A stretch of 64,000 nucleotides of DNA from Candidatus Pacearchaeota archaeon. Lineage in GTDB: Archaea > Nanobdellota > Nanobdellia > Pacearchaeales > GW2011-AR1. How positions within the stretch are numbered: position 1 is the stretch's first letter; every line of letters begins with the position of its first letter. The notes beneath the pieces were generated by a model that was given only the letters and a program-made list of their open reading frames with translations, had not been told where the DNA came from and made no database searches. Made by a program: the position numbers and the translations under genes. The stretch is taken from positions 141,356 through 205,355 of the forward strand of contig JBAZNI010000002.1 in the NCBI GenBank assembly GCA_041649295.1, given 5' to 3'. Positions 25,711 through 33,727 of the stretch are shown here, piece by piece.

Positions 25711-26004
25711 ATGAAAAGAGGATTTGACTTCTGGGATTTTCTTATTTTTATTGGGGTAATTATAATTCTTGGATGGGCTTTATTAAAAACATTAGGAATT
25801 ATTAATTCTCCAATTTGGTTGGAAATGATGCCTTATTATGGGGCAGGATTAGCAGGGCTTGGGGGCGCATATAAGCTTGGGAAAATAATGAATGGTGTTG
25901 AAAGATTACTTAGAATAGAAGAGAGATTTAATAAACTAGAACATACCCATAATATGTGCATAGATGGAAAGTTAAATGGGAGTCCATACAAAGGCAAACA
26001 TTAA
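25711..26004 (+). CDS. small membrane protein
   Basis: 97 aa with two hydrophobic helices (FWDFLIFIGVIIILGWALL; MPYYGAGLAGLGGAY). Confidence 0.45.
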   Translation: MKRGFDFWDFLIFIGVIIILGWALLKTLGIINSPIWLEMMPYYGAGLAGLGGAYKLGKIMNGVERLLRIEERFNKLEHTHNMCIDGKLNGSPYKGKH

Positions 26005-26011
26005 TCTATTT

Positions 26012-26380
26012 TTAATCAATTAGAATACCTTGAACAGAACCTTCTTGACTTGGGCGGTTTGTTATTCTTACTTTTCTATTGTCTTCTGTTTCAATAATTG
26101 CTCCTTTTGTAAGAACATTTTGTCTTGCTAAGAAACGATTTGAAGGTGTTTCAATAACATTTTTTATAGAATATACTTTTGTTTTGTGTGTTTTTGGATC
26201 AGTGACATTTACTTTATTTGCTCCCAGTAAAACTGATTTTTCATTTCCCCCTCTTGTTCTTATTGTTTTTCTTTTAGTTTCTTTTAGTTTCACGATTCTT
26301 GGCTGTCTGACTAATTCATACTTTTTCTTTTTTTTGCTCCTATGATATTTCCCACCGGTTGTTTTTCTTCCATAATCCAT
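26012..26380 (-). CDS. rps8e: 30S ribosomal protein eS8 (S8e)
   Basis: GRKTTGGKYHRSKKKKKYE...TRGGNEK...VIETPSNRFLARQNVLTKGAII is typical of S8e. Confidence 0.9.
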   Translation of the reverse strand: MDYGRKTTGGKYHRSKKKKKYELVRQPRIVKLKETKRKTIRTRGGNEKSVLLGANKVNVTDPKTHKTKVYSIKNVIETPSNRFLARQNVLTKGAIIETEDNRKVRITNRPSQEGSVQGILID

Positions 26381-26514
26381 ATTGATTTATCAAAAAGTTG
26401 ATTTAAATATCTTTCTAGCAAGAAATTTATCAGATAATACGAGATTAATTTGCTGTTTTTATAAAAATTTTTATACATACAAAGATTTAAAAACTTTTGA
26501 ATTTAGATGAGAGT

Positions 26515-26766
26515 ATGGCAAATGGAATTGAAAGACCTCTCGACCTTTTAAACAATTCGAAGGGAAAAGAAATTTTGGTCCAATTGAAAGGAGAAAAGCA
26601 GTTCGTAGGAACTTTGCTTGCATTTGATATCCACATAAATATTGTGCTGGATAATGCAAAAGAAATGCAGGACGGCGAATTAAAAAGAAGTTATGGACTA
26701 ACATTTTTAAGAGGAGATACAATTGTGTTTATATCTCCAGCTTCGCGTGTTGGGAAGTCTGATTAG
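26515..26766 (+). CDS. Sm-like (LSm) RNA-binding protein
   Basis: RPLDLLNNSKGKEILVQLKGEKQFVGTLLAFDIHINIVLDNAKE...FLRGDTIVFIS shows Sm1 and Sm2 motifs. Start moved to ATG 26515; the track start is a TTG. Confidence 0.85.
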   Translation: MANGIERPLDLLNNSKGKEILVQLKGEKQFVGTLLAFDIHINIVLDNAKEMQDGELKRSYGLTFLRGDTIVFISPASRVGKSD

Positions 26767-26866
26767 TTGTCCTTTTTTTTAATTTATGGATGCCTGTTTC
26801 TAGGTGTCTAATAGATAGTGAGAACTTTATTGGAAATGTTTTTAAACAAGCTATTTATTTAATGAA

Positions 26867-27262
26867 ATGAAAAAAAAACAGAGAATATCAGTTTTGTTTG
26901 TGGATGATTCATATATTGCTGTCAATTCATGGAGGGGGGTATTAGAAAGCAGGGGTTATGATGCGATTTCCTATTCTAACTTTGAGGATGCAACAAACGC
27001 TATTGAAGATGGTTTGGAATTTGATATTGCTATTGTTGACAGAGGTGAGGAAAGAGCAGATGGTTCTCTTAGTTGTTCGTCTGGAGATGCTCTGATTCAA
27101 TTAATTGGCAATAAGTTCCCTGGCAAACCAGTTATTCCGATTTCAGGATATGCTACTGATTGTCCTTATACAAACATTCCTGTTCTTGTAAAACCATTTT
27201 TTGTAGATGAGTTTGAAAGAACAATAGCTCAAATTGTTTTAAATACTGGGTTAGGAAGATAA
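26867..27262 (+). CDS. stand-alone response-regulator receiver domain protein
   Basis: A CheY-like pattern: VLFVDDS, IAIVDR and PVIPISGY. No kinase gene is nearby. Confidence 0.6.
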   Translation: MKKKQRISVLFVDDSYIAVNSWRGVLESRGYDAISYSNFEDATNAIEDGLEFDIAIVDRGEERADGSLSCSSGDALIQLIGNKFPGKPVIPISGYATDCPYTNIPVLVKPFFVDEFERTIAQIVLNTGLGR

Positions 27263-27329
27263 GTCTTATATAGAACAAGATTTCTTTTGCTTTCATTAAA
27301 TTTATTAATATTGTTTTCTTGTAAATAAT

Positions 27330-28232
27330 ATGGCAGATAAAATTAAAGTTGTTTTTTTAGGAAGTGGAAGTGCTGTGCCGACAGCTGAAAGAAATCACCC
27401 AGCTGTGCTTTTAAAATACAAAAATGAGAATATTTTATTTGATTGCGGAGAAGGAACTCAAAGGCAGTTTAGGAAAGCAAAAATAAGTATTTGTAAATTA
27501 ACAAAATTATTCATAACACATTGGCATGGAGACCATGTTTTGGGAATACCAGGATTATTGCAAACACTTGCTTTCAATGATTATAACAGGAAACTTCAGA
27601 TTTACGGGCCAAAAGGAACTAAAAAATATCTTGATGAAATATTTAAAATTTTTATGCCTGTGAAAAAGATTTATTTTGAAGTTAGAGAATTGGATGGAGG
27701 AACTGCTTTTGAAACAATTGATTTTAAAATTTTATCTCATACCGTAAGACATAATACTCCTTGTTTAGCTTATAGTTTTATTGAAAAAGGCAATTTAAGA
27801 ATTGACAAGAAGAAATTAGATAAATTGAACATTGGAAATTCTCCGTTAATTAAAAAGTTAAAAGAAGAAAAAGATGTGGTTATTAAGGGCAAGAAATTAA
27901 AATTTAAGGATTTAACTTATCGACAGATGGAGAAAAAAATTGTCATTATGTCAGATACAAAGTATTTTAACGGCATAGAAAAAATTCCTGAAGATGCAGA
28001 TTTGCTTGTTATAGAATCAACTTATTTAGATGAAGAAGAACTTGCAAATGATAATTATCATTTAACTGTTTTACAAAGTGCTAATATTGCAAAAAAAGCA
28101 AAAGTAAAAAAATTGATTTTAACTCATTTAAGCCAGAAGCATCAAAAAAATAAAGATGAATTTATTAAAATAGCTAAGAAGCATTTTAAAAATTCAGATG
28201 TTGCTGAGGATTTAATGAGTGTAGAGGTATAA
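27330..28232 (+). CDS. rnz: ribonuclease Z (tRNA 3' endonuclease)
   Basis: Metallo-beta-lactamase signature ITHWHGDHVLGIPGLL, the N-terminus VVFLGSGSAVPT, and a length of 300 aa. Confidence 0.9.
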   Translation: MADKIKVVFLGSGSAVPTAERNHPAVLLKYKNENILFDCGEGTQRQFRKAKISICKLTKLFITHWHGDHVLGIPGLLQTLAFNDYNRKLQIYGPKGTKKYLDEIFKIFMPVKKIYFEVRELDGGTAFETIDFKILSHTVRHNTPCLAYSFIEKGNLRIDKKKLDKLNIGNSPLIKKLKEEKDVVIKGKKLKFKDLTYRQMEKKIVIMSDTKYFNGIEKIPEDADLLVIESTYLDEEELANDNYHLTVLQSANIAKKAKVKKLILTHLSQKHQKNKDEFIKIAKKHFKNSDVAEDLMSVEV

Positions 28233-28233
28233 A

Positions 28234-28437
28234 ATGGCAGGCAATAATAGTTATGATCCTCTTCGTAGTTTTGTTTTTCAAGTAGTTATTGGCGAAAAGG
28301 AGTATGTTAGAAGGGACAATAATCCGGATGTTGCTGATAGAAATATAGTGGAATTCCACAGTAAAACTGCCCCAATTGTCACTAATACTTCTAGGGGGGA
28401 AAGTTTAACCGGAGCTTATGAGAATTATAGTGTTTAA
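28234..28437 (+). CDS. hypothetical small protein (67 aa)
   Basis: Starts 1 nt after the rnz stop. No motif recognised. Its 3' end participates in a 29-nt tandem duplication. Confidence 0.3.
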   Translation: MAGNNSYDPLRSFVFQVVIGEKEYVRRDNNPDVADRNIVEFHSKTAPIVTNTSRGESLTGAYENYSV

Positions 28438-28500
28438 CCAGAGCTTATGAGGTTTAGCAATTCAAAATGTTTATATATGATTTTTTGGTTGTATTTTTGA

Positions 28501-28634
28501 GCTCCCGTAGCTCAGCCTGGATAGAGCGATAGCCTTCTAGTGATGTGGGAAAACCTACGGTTTTCCTAACACTACCTTTCCCTTAAGGTAGAGAAGAAAG
28601 CTATAGGTCGCAGGTTCGAATCCTGTCGGGAGCA
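28501..28634 (+). tRNA. tRNA-Arg (anticodon TCT) with 59-nt intron after position 37
   Basis: Acceptor GCTCCCG/CGGGAGC, D-arm GCTC-AGCCTGGATA-GAGC, anticodon stem ATAGC/GCTAT, loop CTTCTA|intron 28540..28598|A, T-arm GCAGG-TTCGAAT-CCTGT. Confidence 0.85.
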
Positions 28635-28790
28635 TTAACGGATTCGAAGTGCTCATGAAGCAAAGCTTCCTGGCAACTTATATTCTGTGAATCTAAGTAA
28701 TCCTGTCGGGAGCATTAACGGATTCGAAGTGCTCATGAAGCAAAGCTTCCTGGCAACTTATATTCTGCGAATCTAAGTAATCTTGCAGGA
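28619..28790 (+). repeat. two tandem 80-nt units (tRNA-Arg 3' end plus 64-nt module) and a degenerate third start
   Basis: Units 28619..28698 and 28699..28778 differ at one position (CTGTGAATC versus CTGCGAATC). Each begins with AATCCTGTCGGGAGCA; a third AATCTTGCAGGA start at 28779 is degenerate. Confidence 0.85.
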
Positions 28791-28906
28791 TATCTAGTTT
28801 ATCAATTATAAAAGTAGAAAGAATTAATTACAGAAATTAAACTTCTTTATAGATTATTAAGTAAAGGATAATAGTAATTTAAAAAGGAAGTATTTTTTTA
28901 TTTTTT

Positions 28907-29226
28907 ATGGCAGAAGAAATAATAAAACACCCATGTATATCTGGTTTTCCTTTTATTAAATTATCAGAAATACAAGAAGGTAGAAAAATGAGCTCTGGAT
29001 TACGCGATGAAGTTGAAGTAATTGCTTGTTCCCCAGTTGAAGTTAGAGGGGGTCTTATTTTAATGTTCTTTTTGAAGAAGATGACAGGGTATTTATTCGC
29101 ACTATGATGGGTAGGTCTGATAAGGTAACGGGTGTATGGGTTTATGCTCGGGATGAAATAACAGAGTTAAAAGAAGCAGACCCAAATTATAAAAAAACCC
29201 AGAGTATTCTAAATAGGGTTGCTTGA
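28907..29226 (+). pseudogene. possible frameshifted or split small gene
   Basis: The 66-aa ORF (28907..29107) continues sensibly in another frame through a T-run near 29065 (...FEEDDRVFIRTMMGRSDKVTGVWVYARDEITELKEADPNYKKTQSILNRVA, stop at 29226). Confidence 0.3.
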
Positions 29227-29338
29227 TATTATAAGAAAAGCTATAAGAGGTACTAACCAGATAATAAAATGTTATCATCTTGTTATAATTTATCAGGAAA
29301 TTCAAATATTTTATAAAGCTGATATTCTTAAGTACTTT

Positions 29339-29929
29339 ATGGAACAAAAGGGGGAGGATACTAAAGTATATTCATTAAGCCCTGTTGTTACTCGAATAAG
29401 GCAGTTAAATAATAATTATGTTGCAGTTGCTATTTATTTAGGGATATTATTGATTCTTGTTGAAATTTTTGCCTTATTTCTTTTAGATTTAAGCACTTTA
29501 TTAGCACTTATATTTGGAGTATTTTTAATTATATGTTATGCAGTTGCATTATTCTTTCTTTTAGACCCTGAATTTTTGACTGAAATAAATAAAACAAAAG
29601 TTATTTCTTACCATCCTTCTCAAATTATTGCAGAACGCCAACCAGTGGTTAAAGAGCAACAGGCTCCGATTATCAAAGAGCAGATAAGGTATGTTGAAGT
29701 TCCTCGCGAAAAGATTGTTGAGAAGATTGTAGAAGTACCCAGGAAAAAATTAGTTATTCCTAAGTATGAATTTATCGGAAGTTCTGAAACTAAAGTATAT
29801 CATAAGAGGTCATGCAGATTTAGGAAGTTAATAAAAAGAAAATACCAAGTAAACAGCAATGATATAAAATACTTTACTTCAAAAAAGTATACCCCCTGCA
29901 AGGTTTGCTTGAAAAATAGTAAAAAGTGA
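29339..29929 (+). CDS. membrane protein with C-terminal Ada-like zinc-binding motif
   Basis: Start moved to ATG 29339. Two TM helices; the C-terminus KVYHKRSCRFRKL...KKYTPCKVC resembles the Ada metal-binding module. Confidence 0.5.
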   Translation: MEQKGEDTKVYSLSPVVTRIRQLNNNYVAVAIYLGILLILVEIFALFLLDLSTLLALIFGVFLIICYAVALFFLLDPEFLTEINKTKVISYHPSQIIAERQPVVKEQQAPIIKEQIRYVEVPREKIVEKIVEVPRKKLVIPKYEFIGSSETKVYHKRSCRFRKLIKRKYQVNSNDIKYFTSKKYTPCKVCLKNSKK

Positions 29930-29995
29930 TTTAATAATTTCTGTTAAAATTAAACAACAATATATTTAAATAATTGATAGGCTCTTTGATTTTGT

Positions 29996-30067
29996 GCGCG
30001 GATGGCACAATGGTACTGCGTTCGCCTGCAGAGCGAATTTTCCTGGGTTCGATTCCCAGTCCGCGCT
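29996..30067 (+). tRNA. tRNA-Cys (anticodon GCA)
   Basis: Acceptor GCGCGGA/TCCGCGC, anticodon stem TTCGC/GCGAA, loop CTGCAGA, T-arm CTGGG-TTCGATT-CCCAG. Confidence 0.85.
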
Positions 30068-30075
30068 TTTTTAAA

Positions 30076-30483
30076 ATGAAACAAAAGTCAATCTCACTGG
30101 TTCTCTTTTATGATTGTAAGGGGAATATATTGATTCAGGATAGGAGAGAGAATAGTAAATTCGGAGAAGATTATAATTTATTTGGAGGTAAAATTTTGGA
30201 AGGGGAAACTCCGGATGAAGCAATAATCCGGGAAGTTAAAGAGGAATTGGGGTATAATTTAAAACAATTTAGGTTGTTTAATTATGTCAGCAAATACGTA
30301 GCATGCTTAGACACTCAACTTGAACGGTTTGTTTTTCTTGCTTTGATGCCTTCTTTAGATGAGTTTAAATGTGTTGATGGAAGAGCAGAAATAATTCGAA
30401 TTGAAGATAGTTTTGATTTAAAATTAATCCCCGGAAATGAGGGGTTATTGAGAGAGATTTATGAACATTTTAAAAATGGCTAA
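30076..30483 (+). CDS. NUDIX hydrolase
   Basis: Nudix box GGKILEGETPDEAIIREVKEELG. The track start at 29974 overlaps tRNA-Cys, so the start was moved to ATG 30076. Confidence 0.8.
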   Translation: MKQKSISLVLFYDCKGNILIQDRRENSKFGEDYNLFGGKILEGETPDEAIIREVKEELGYNLKQFRLFNYVSKYVACLDTQLERFVFLALMPSLDEFKCVDGRAEIIRIEDSFDLKLIPGNEGLLREIYEHFKNG

Positions 30484-31250
30484 TTATTTAATTTTTTCCT
30501 ATAATGCCGCTCAATTGCCAAAAGAATTGTGGTTGAAATAACACAAAAAACAAAGATATAGAGAAAACTACTGCTTTTTGTAAAACTATATGCTCCAGCA
30601 TTTACATTTTCAGGGCTAATGCTTGTTATTAAAGAGCCACCATTGGTTTTTTTGTTTAAGATACCAATAGCGCCCCCAGTCAAACTCACTTCTCCCCATG
30701 CTCCGGTTGTTTTGCCATCACTTACTTTAACATTATAAACACCATTGGGAGCAATTAATCTTAATTCTGCTGACTCTCCGATATTTAATTCAATTGTTTT
30801 TTCTCCTATTGTATCTCCAATAGCAACTTGAATTTTTTCATTGTAAAAGGTATTCCCAGTATTTGTTATTTTTAATATATCTTCATTTAATTCAAAATTA
30901 ACCATTTCTTTTTCTTTTATACTAAAGATAGTCGTTGCTTTTTCCCCTTCTTCTTCTTCTGCGATTATTTTCCACATTCCCCCAAGAGTATTTTCACCAA
31001 GAGAAACTTCAACAAACTCATTTGTTTGAATGTCTTTAGTTATTTGGTTTTTTATAGAATCTTCAAAAACAACAAATATCTGTTTATTAATTGGATTGCT
31101 ATTTTCATCAAGAAGAGATACTTTTAATGTTATATTATTTCCTGCTCCAAATTCTTCACCCATTGTAAAAATTTCTATTTTAGATAAATCTGCAAATACT
31201 GCAGGCAATAGAATAATCATAGCAAATATAACTACTGATAATTTTTTATC
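30480..31250 (-). CDS. secreted protein with C-terminal membrane anchor
   Basis: Signal MDKKLSVVIFAMIILLPAVFA, and a C-terminal TM FLYIFVFCVISTTILLAI followed by basic residues. Confidence 0.5.
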   Translation of the reverse strand, partial: DKKLSVVIFAMIILLPAVFADLSKIEIFTMGEEFGAGNNITLKVSLLDENSNPINKQIFVVFEDSIKNQITKDIQTNEFVEVSLGENTLGGMWKIIAEEEEGEKATTIFSIKEKEMVNFELNEDILKITNTGNTFYNEKIQVAIGDTIGEKTIELNIGESAELRLIAPNGVYNVKVSDGKTTGAWGEVSLTGGAIGILNKKTNGGSLITSISPENVNAGAYSFTKSSSFLYIFVFCVISTTILLAIERHYRKKLNN

Positions 31251-31335
31251 CATATTTAAATAAAATGGGAACATTATATAAACATTTCTTAAACTTTTAA
31301 TAAACTATTTAAATCAAACTTTTCTTTATTTAACA

Positions 31336-33348
31336 ATGGGAAAGGAGGGGGCTGCACTTATTATCAGTATTATGTTGCTGGGGGTTGTTTGTGCACTTTC
31401 TTTTACAGATACTGGTCAGGAGAATTTCAGCTTTGGAATTTATAATAATACAGAATATAATGGGAGTGCGATTATTTTATGTCCTGGAAATTTATCCGGA
31501 ACTTATACAAGCAAAATTTTTGATGCAGAAGTTGGGTCTATCTGGAAGGATTTAGCCTGGCAAAAAAAGAGTTACAACCCTTATAATTCTTCATTAACTT
31601 CAGTTTTTCATTCAAGAAGAAATAGATCTGAGGTTTTTAACCTCGATAACATTTATTATTCAGCAGATATGAGGGACTTAAATAAAAATCTTTACCTTAA
31701 TTTTTCAGCCACTTTACTGGATAATTCAGTGATTAAGTTTTATGCTAAGAAAAGCAAGGGATTAACTATTGGGATTTATTCACAGGATGATCCATCTGGA
31801 AGCACCGCTCTTGGGAATCTTTCTATTACTTCTGTGTCTGGCGAGTGGTATAATATAACATTGAATATATCAAGCCCTACAAGTAATATTTGGATTGGAG
31901 AGGGAAGTAAAAGTGAAAAAAATCCAAAAGATGACTTTGATTATATTTTTGCAGAAGTTCCCGGAACAAATATAACACTTTTGGCAAGAAACTGTTCTCA
32001 AGATAATTGCTCTGATAGCATATGGCAAGAGATTAATTTTTCTAATATTCAATTATCCGGCAGATATTTTCAATATATAATATTTTTTGAAAGTCCGGAT
32101 AAAACTATAACTCCTTATTTTCAAGGAATTGAATTTAATTATACAATTATTAATTTTCCGCCAATTATTTATATTTATTCTCCAGAAGAAAGAATTTATG
32201 AGTATAATGAGTCTTTAAGTTTGAATTTTAGCGTTAGTGATGAAGATAACAATCTTGATAGTTGCTGGTATAATCTAGAGGGCGAAGAAAATATTAGTTT
32301 AGTTAACTGCCAAAATATTACATTTAATCTTTCCGAGGGCAATCATGTTCTTTTTTTGTATGCTAATGACAGTTATGGCGAGGAAGCAAATAATTCTGTC
32401 AATTTTTCAGTAAGCATACCTGTTGCAATCCCTATTACTAGAGATTTAAGCGGAGGAGGGGGGGGCAGCGGTGGCGGAAGTAGTGGTGGCGGAAGTAGTG
32501 ACGGAAATTTGGGAAATAACTTTGATGAGAGTGTGATAAACAGCAGTTTGGAGGATTTAATAATTAGTAATTTAAGTTTTGTAAATATTCCCAGTGTGCT
32601 TGTAAATCCTGGAGAATCTAAAGAATTAAGGTTGATTGCTAGAAATACCGGAGAGAACTATCTTAATCTTTGCAAATTAAAAGGGACAGGGGCATATAAT
32701 TCATGGATAACTTCTAATGAATTGGGGAATATAAACAGCGGACAATCTTATGAATTCATATTTAATTTAAATATTCCAGAATCAACTTCTCCTGGAGAAT
32801 ATTATCCAAGAATTGTGGTTGAATGTGAGAAATCATCAGAATCAACAGAATTTGTAATTAATGTTCTTGATAAAAAATTAGAGTTTGATTTAGTTGAAGC
32901 AAGAAGAATTGATAAAGGAAATATTAAAGTTAAGTATATAATGAAAGAATCTTCTGGTATTAATCAGGAGGTTAAAATCCAGTTTTTATTTTATGATTCT
33001 GAAAATCAAAAAATTACAGAGTATTATGATGATAAGTTCATCGCCGCTGGTTCAGAAAATGAGTTTGAATCTTTAATCCCTATAAACAGTGATATTGAGG
33101 GTTCTGTAAGCCTGCTTATTAATTTTAATTCGGAAATTTACTCTAGTTTTGTCCAGGAAAATGTTATGATAGGCTCTCCTATAAGTGGTTTTGCAATTTT
33201 TTCAAGAGCATCTGGAAGAGGTATAACCCTTAGTGTTGTTTTTGCAGTTATCTTCTTAATTTTTGCAACTATCTTAATTATAAGGATTTATAACTTTAGA
33301 AAAAGAGCTGGGCATATAAGGGGCTATAGAAAAAGGAAAAAGCATTAG
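31336..33348 (+). CDS. large surface protein, sequon-rich, Gly/Ser linker, C-terminal TM anchor
   Basis: N-terminal hydrophobic segment, more than 20 N-x-S/T sequons, the linker SGGGGGSGGGSSGGGSS, and a C-terminal TM ITLSVVFAVIFLIFATILII plus a basic tail. Confidence 0.55.
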   Translation: MGKEGAALIISIMLLGVVCALSFTDTGQENFSFGIYNNTEYNGSAIILCPGNLSGTYTSKIFDAEVGSIWKDLAWQKKSYNPYNSSLTSVFHSRRNRSEVFNLDNIYYSADMRDLNKNLYLNFSATLLDNSVIKFYAKKSKGLTIGIYSQDDPSGSTALGNLSITSVSGEWYNITLNISSPTSNIWIGEGSKSEKNPKDDFDYIFAEVPGTNITLLARNCSQDNCSDSIWQEINFSNIQLSGRYFQYIIFFESPDKTITPYFQGIEFNYTIINFPPIIYIYSPEERIYEYNESLSLNFSVSDEDNNLDSCWYNLEGEENISLVNCQNITFNLSEGNHVLFLYANDSYGEEANNSVNFSVSIPVAIPITRDLSGGGGGSGGGSSGGGSSDGNLGNNFDESVINSSLEDLIISNLSFVNIPSVLVNPGESKELRLIARNTGENYLNLCKLKGTGAYNSWITSNELGNINSGQSYEFIFNLNIPESTSPGEYYPRIVVECEKSSESTEFVINVLDKKLEFDLVEARRIDKGNIKVKYIMKESSGINQEVKIQFLFYDSENQKITEYYDDKFIAAGSENEFESLIPINSDIEGSVSLLINFNSEIYSSFVQENVMIGSPISGFAIFSRASGRGITLSVVFAVIFLIFATILIIRIYNFRKRAGHIRGYRKRKKH

Positions 33349-33727
33349 TTTTTTAGTGTGTAGAATGTAATAAATAATTTCGGGGGGAAATGCAAGGCAA
33401 CTATAATTTATTTTTAATTGACTTATTTTTGTAGCATTAACATTCCCATTTATTTTTAGTTTCTGTACAAACTTAATCAATAGTTCTTTCTTGCATTGAT
33501 TTTAAATCAATTTTGTGTTGCTTATGAGATGCGGGTTTTTGGAATGAACTTTGATATGTTTGATACGATTCTACAGGATGCCGGATAACATAGCAAGTAT
33601 CCACAACTGTTTTCATAACTGCTCTAACTATTCTTTTCATTTTATTTTTTATGCTTGTTTATTAATAAACATTTGTGTATTACAAGAACTTGTAAAAATT
33701 TAAAAACTTCTTGTAGTTACTAAGTGC

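Noticed and set aside
28619-28790. CRISPR array or C/D-box sRNA reading of the 80-nt tandem units
   Set aside because: It is not CRISPR, because the would-be spacers are identical and the unit contains the tRNA 3' end. It is not a convincing C/D sRNA, because there are no RUGAUGA or CUGA boxes (only CATGAAG).
32451-32510. GC-rich Gly/Ser tract considered as another hypervariable or DGR-like patch
   Set aside because: This is a simple GGGGSGGGSS-type linker between domains of a surface protein. It has no paralogous counterpart and no codon-internal substitution pattern.
33479-33646. 55-aa minus-strand ORF (MKRIVRAVMKTVVDTCYVIRHPVESYQTYQ...) in the 380-nt spacer before glyS
   Set aside because: It may be real, but I recognised no motif, SD or promoter, and it is too short to support from sequence alone.
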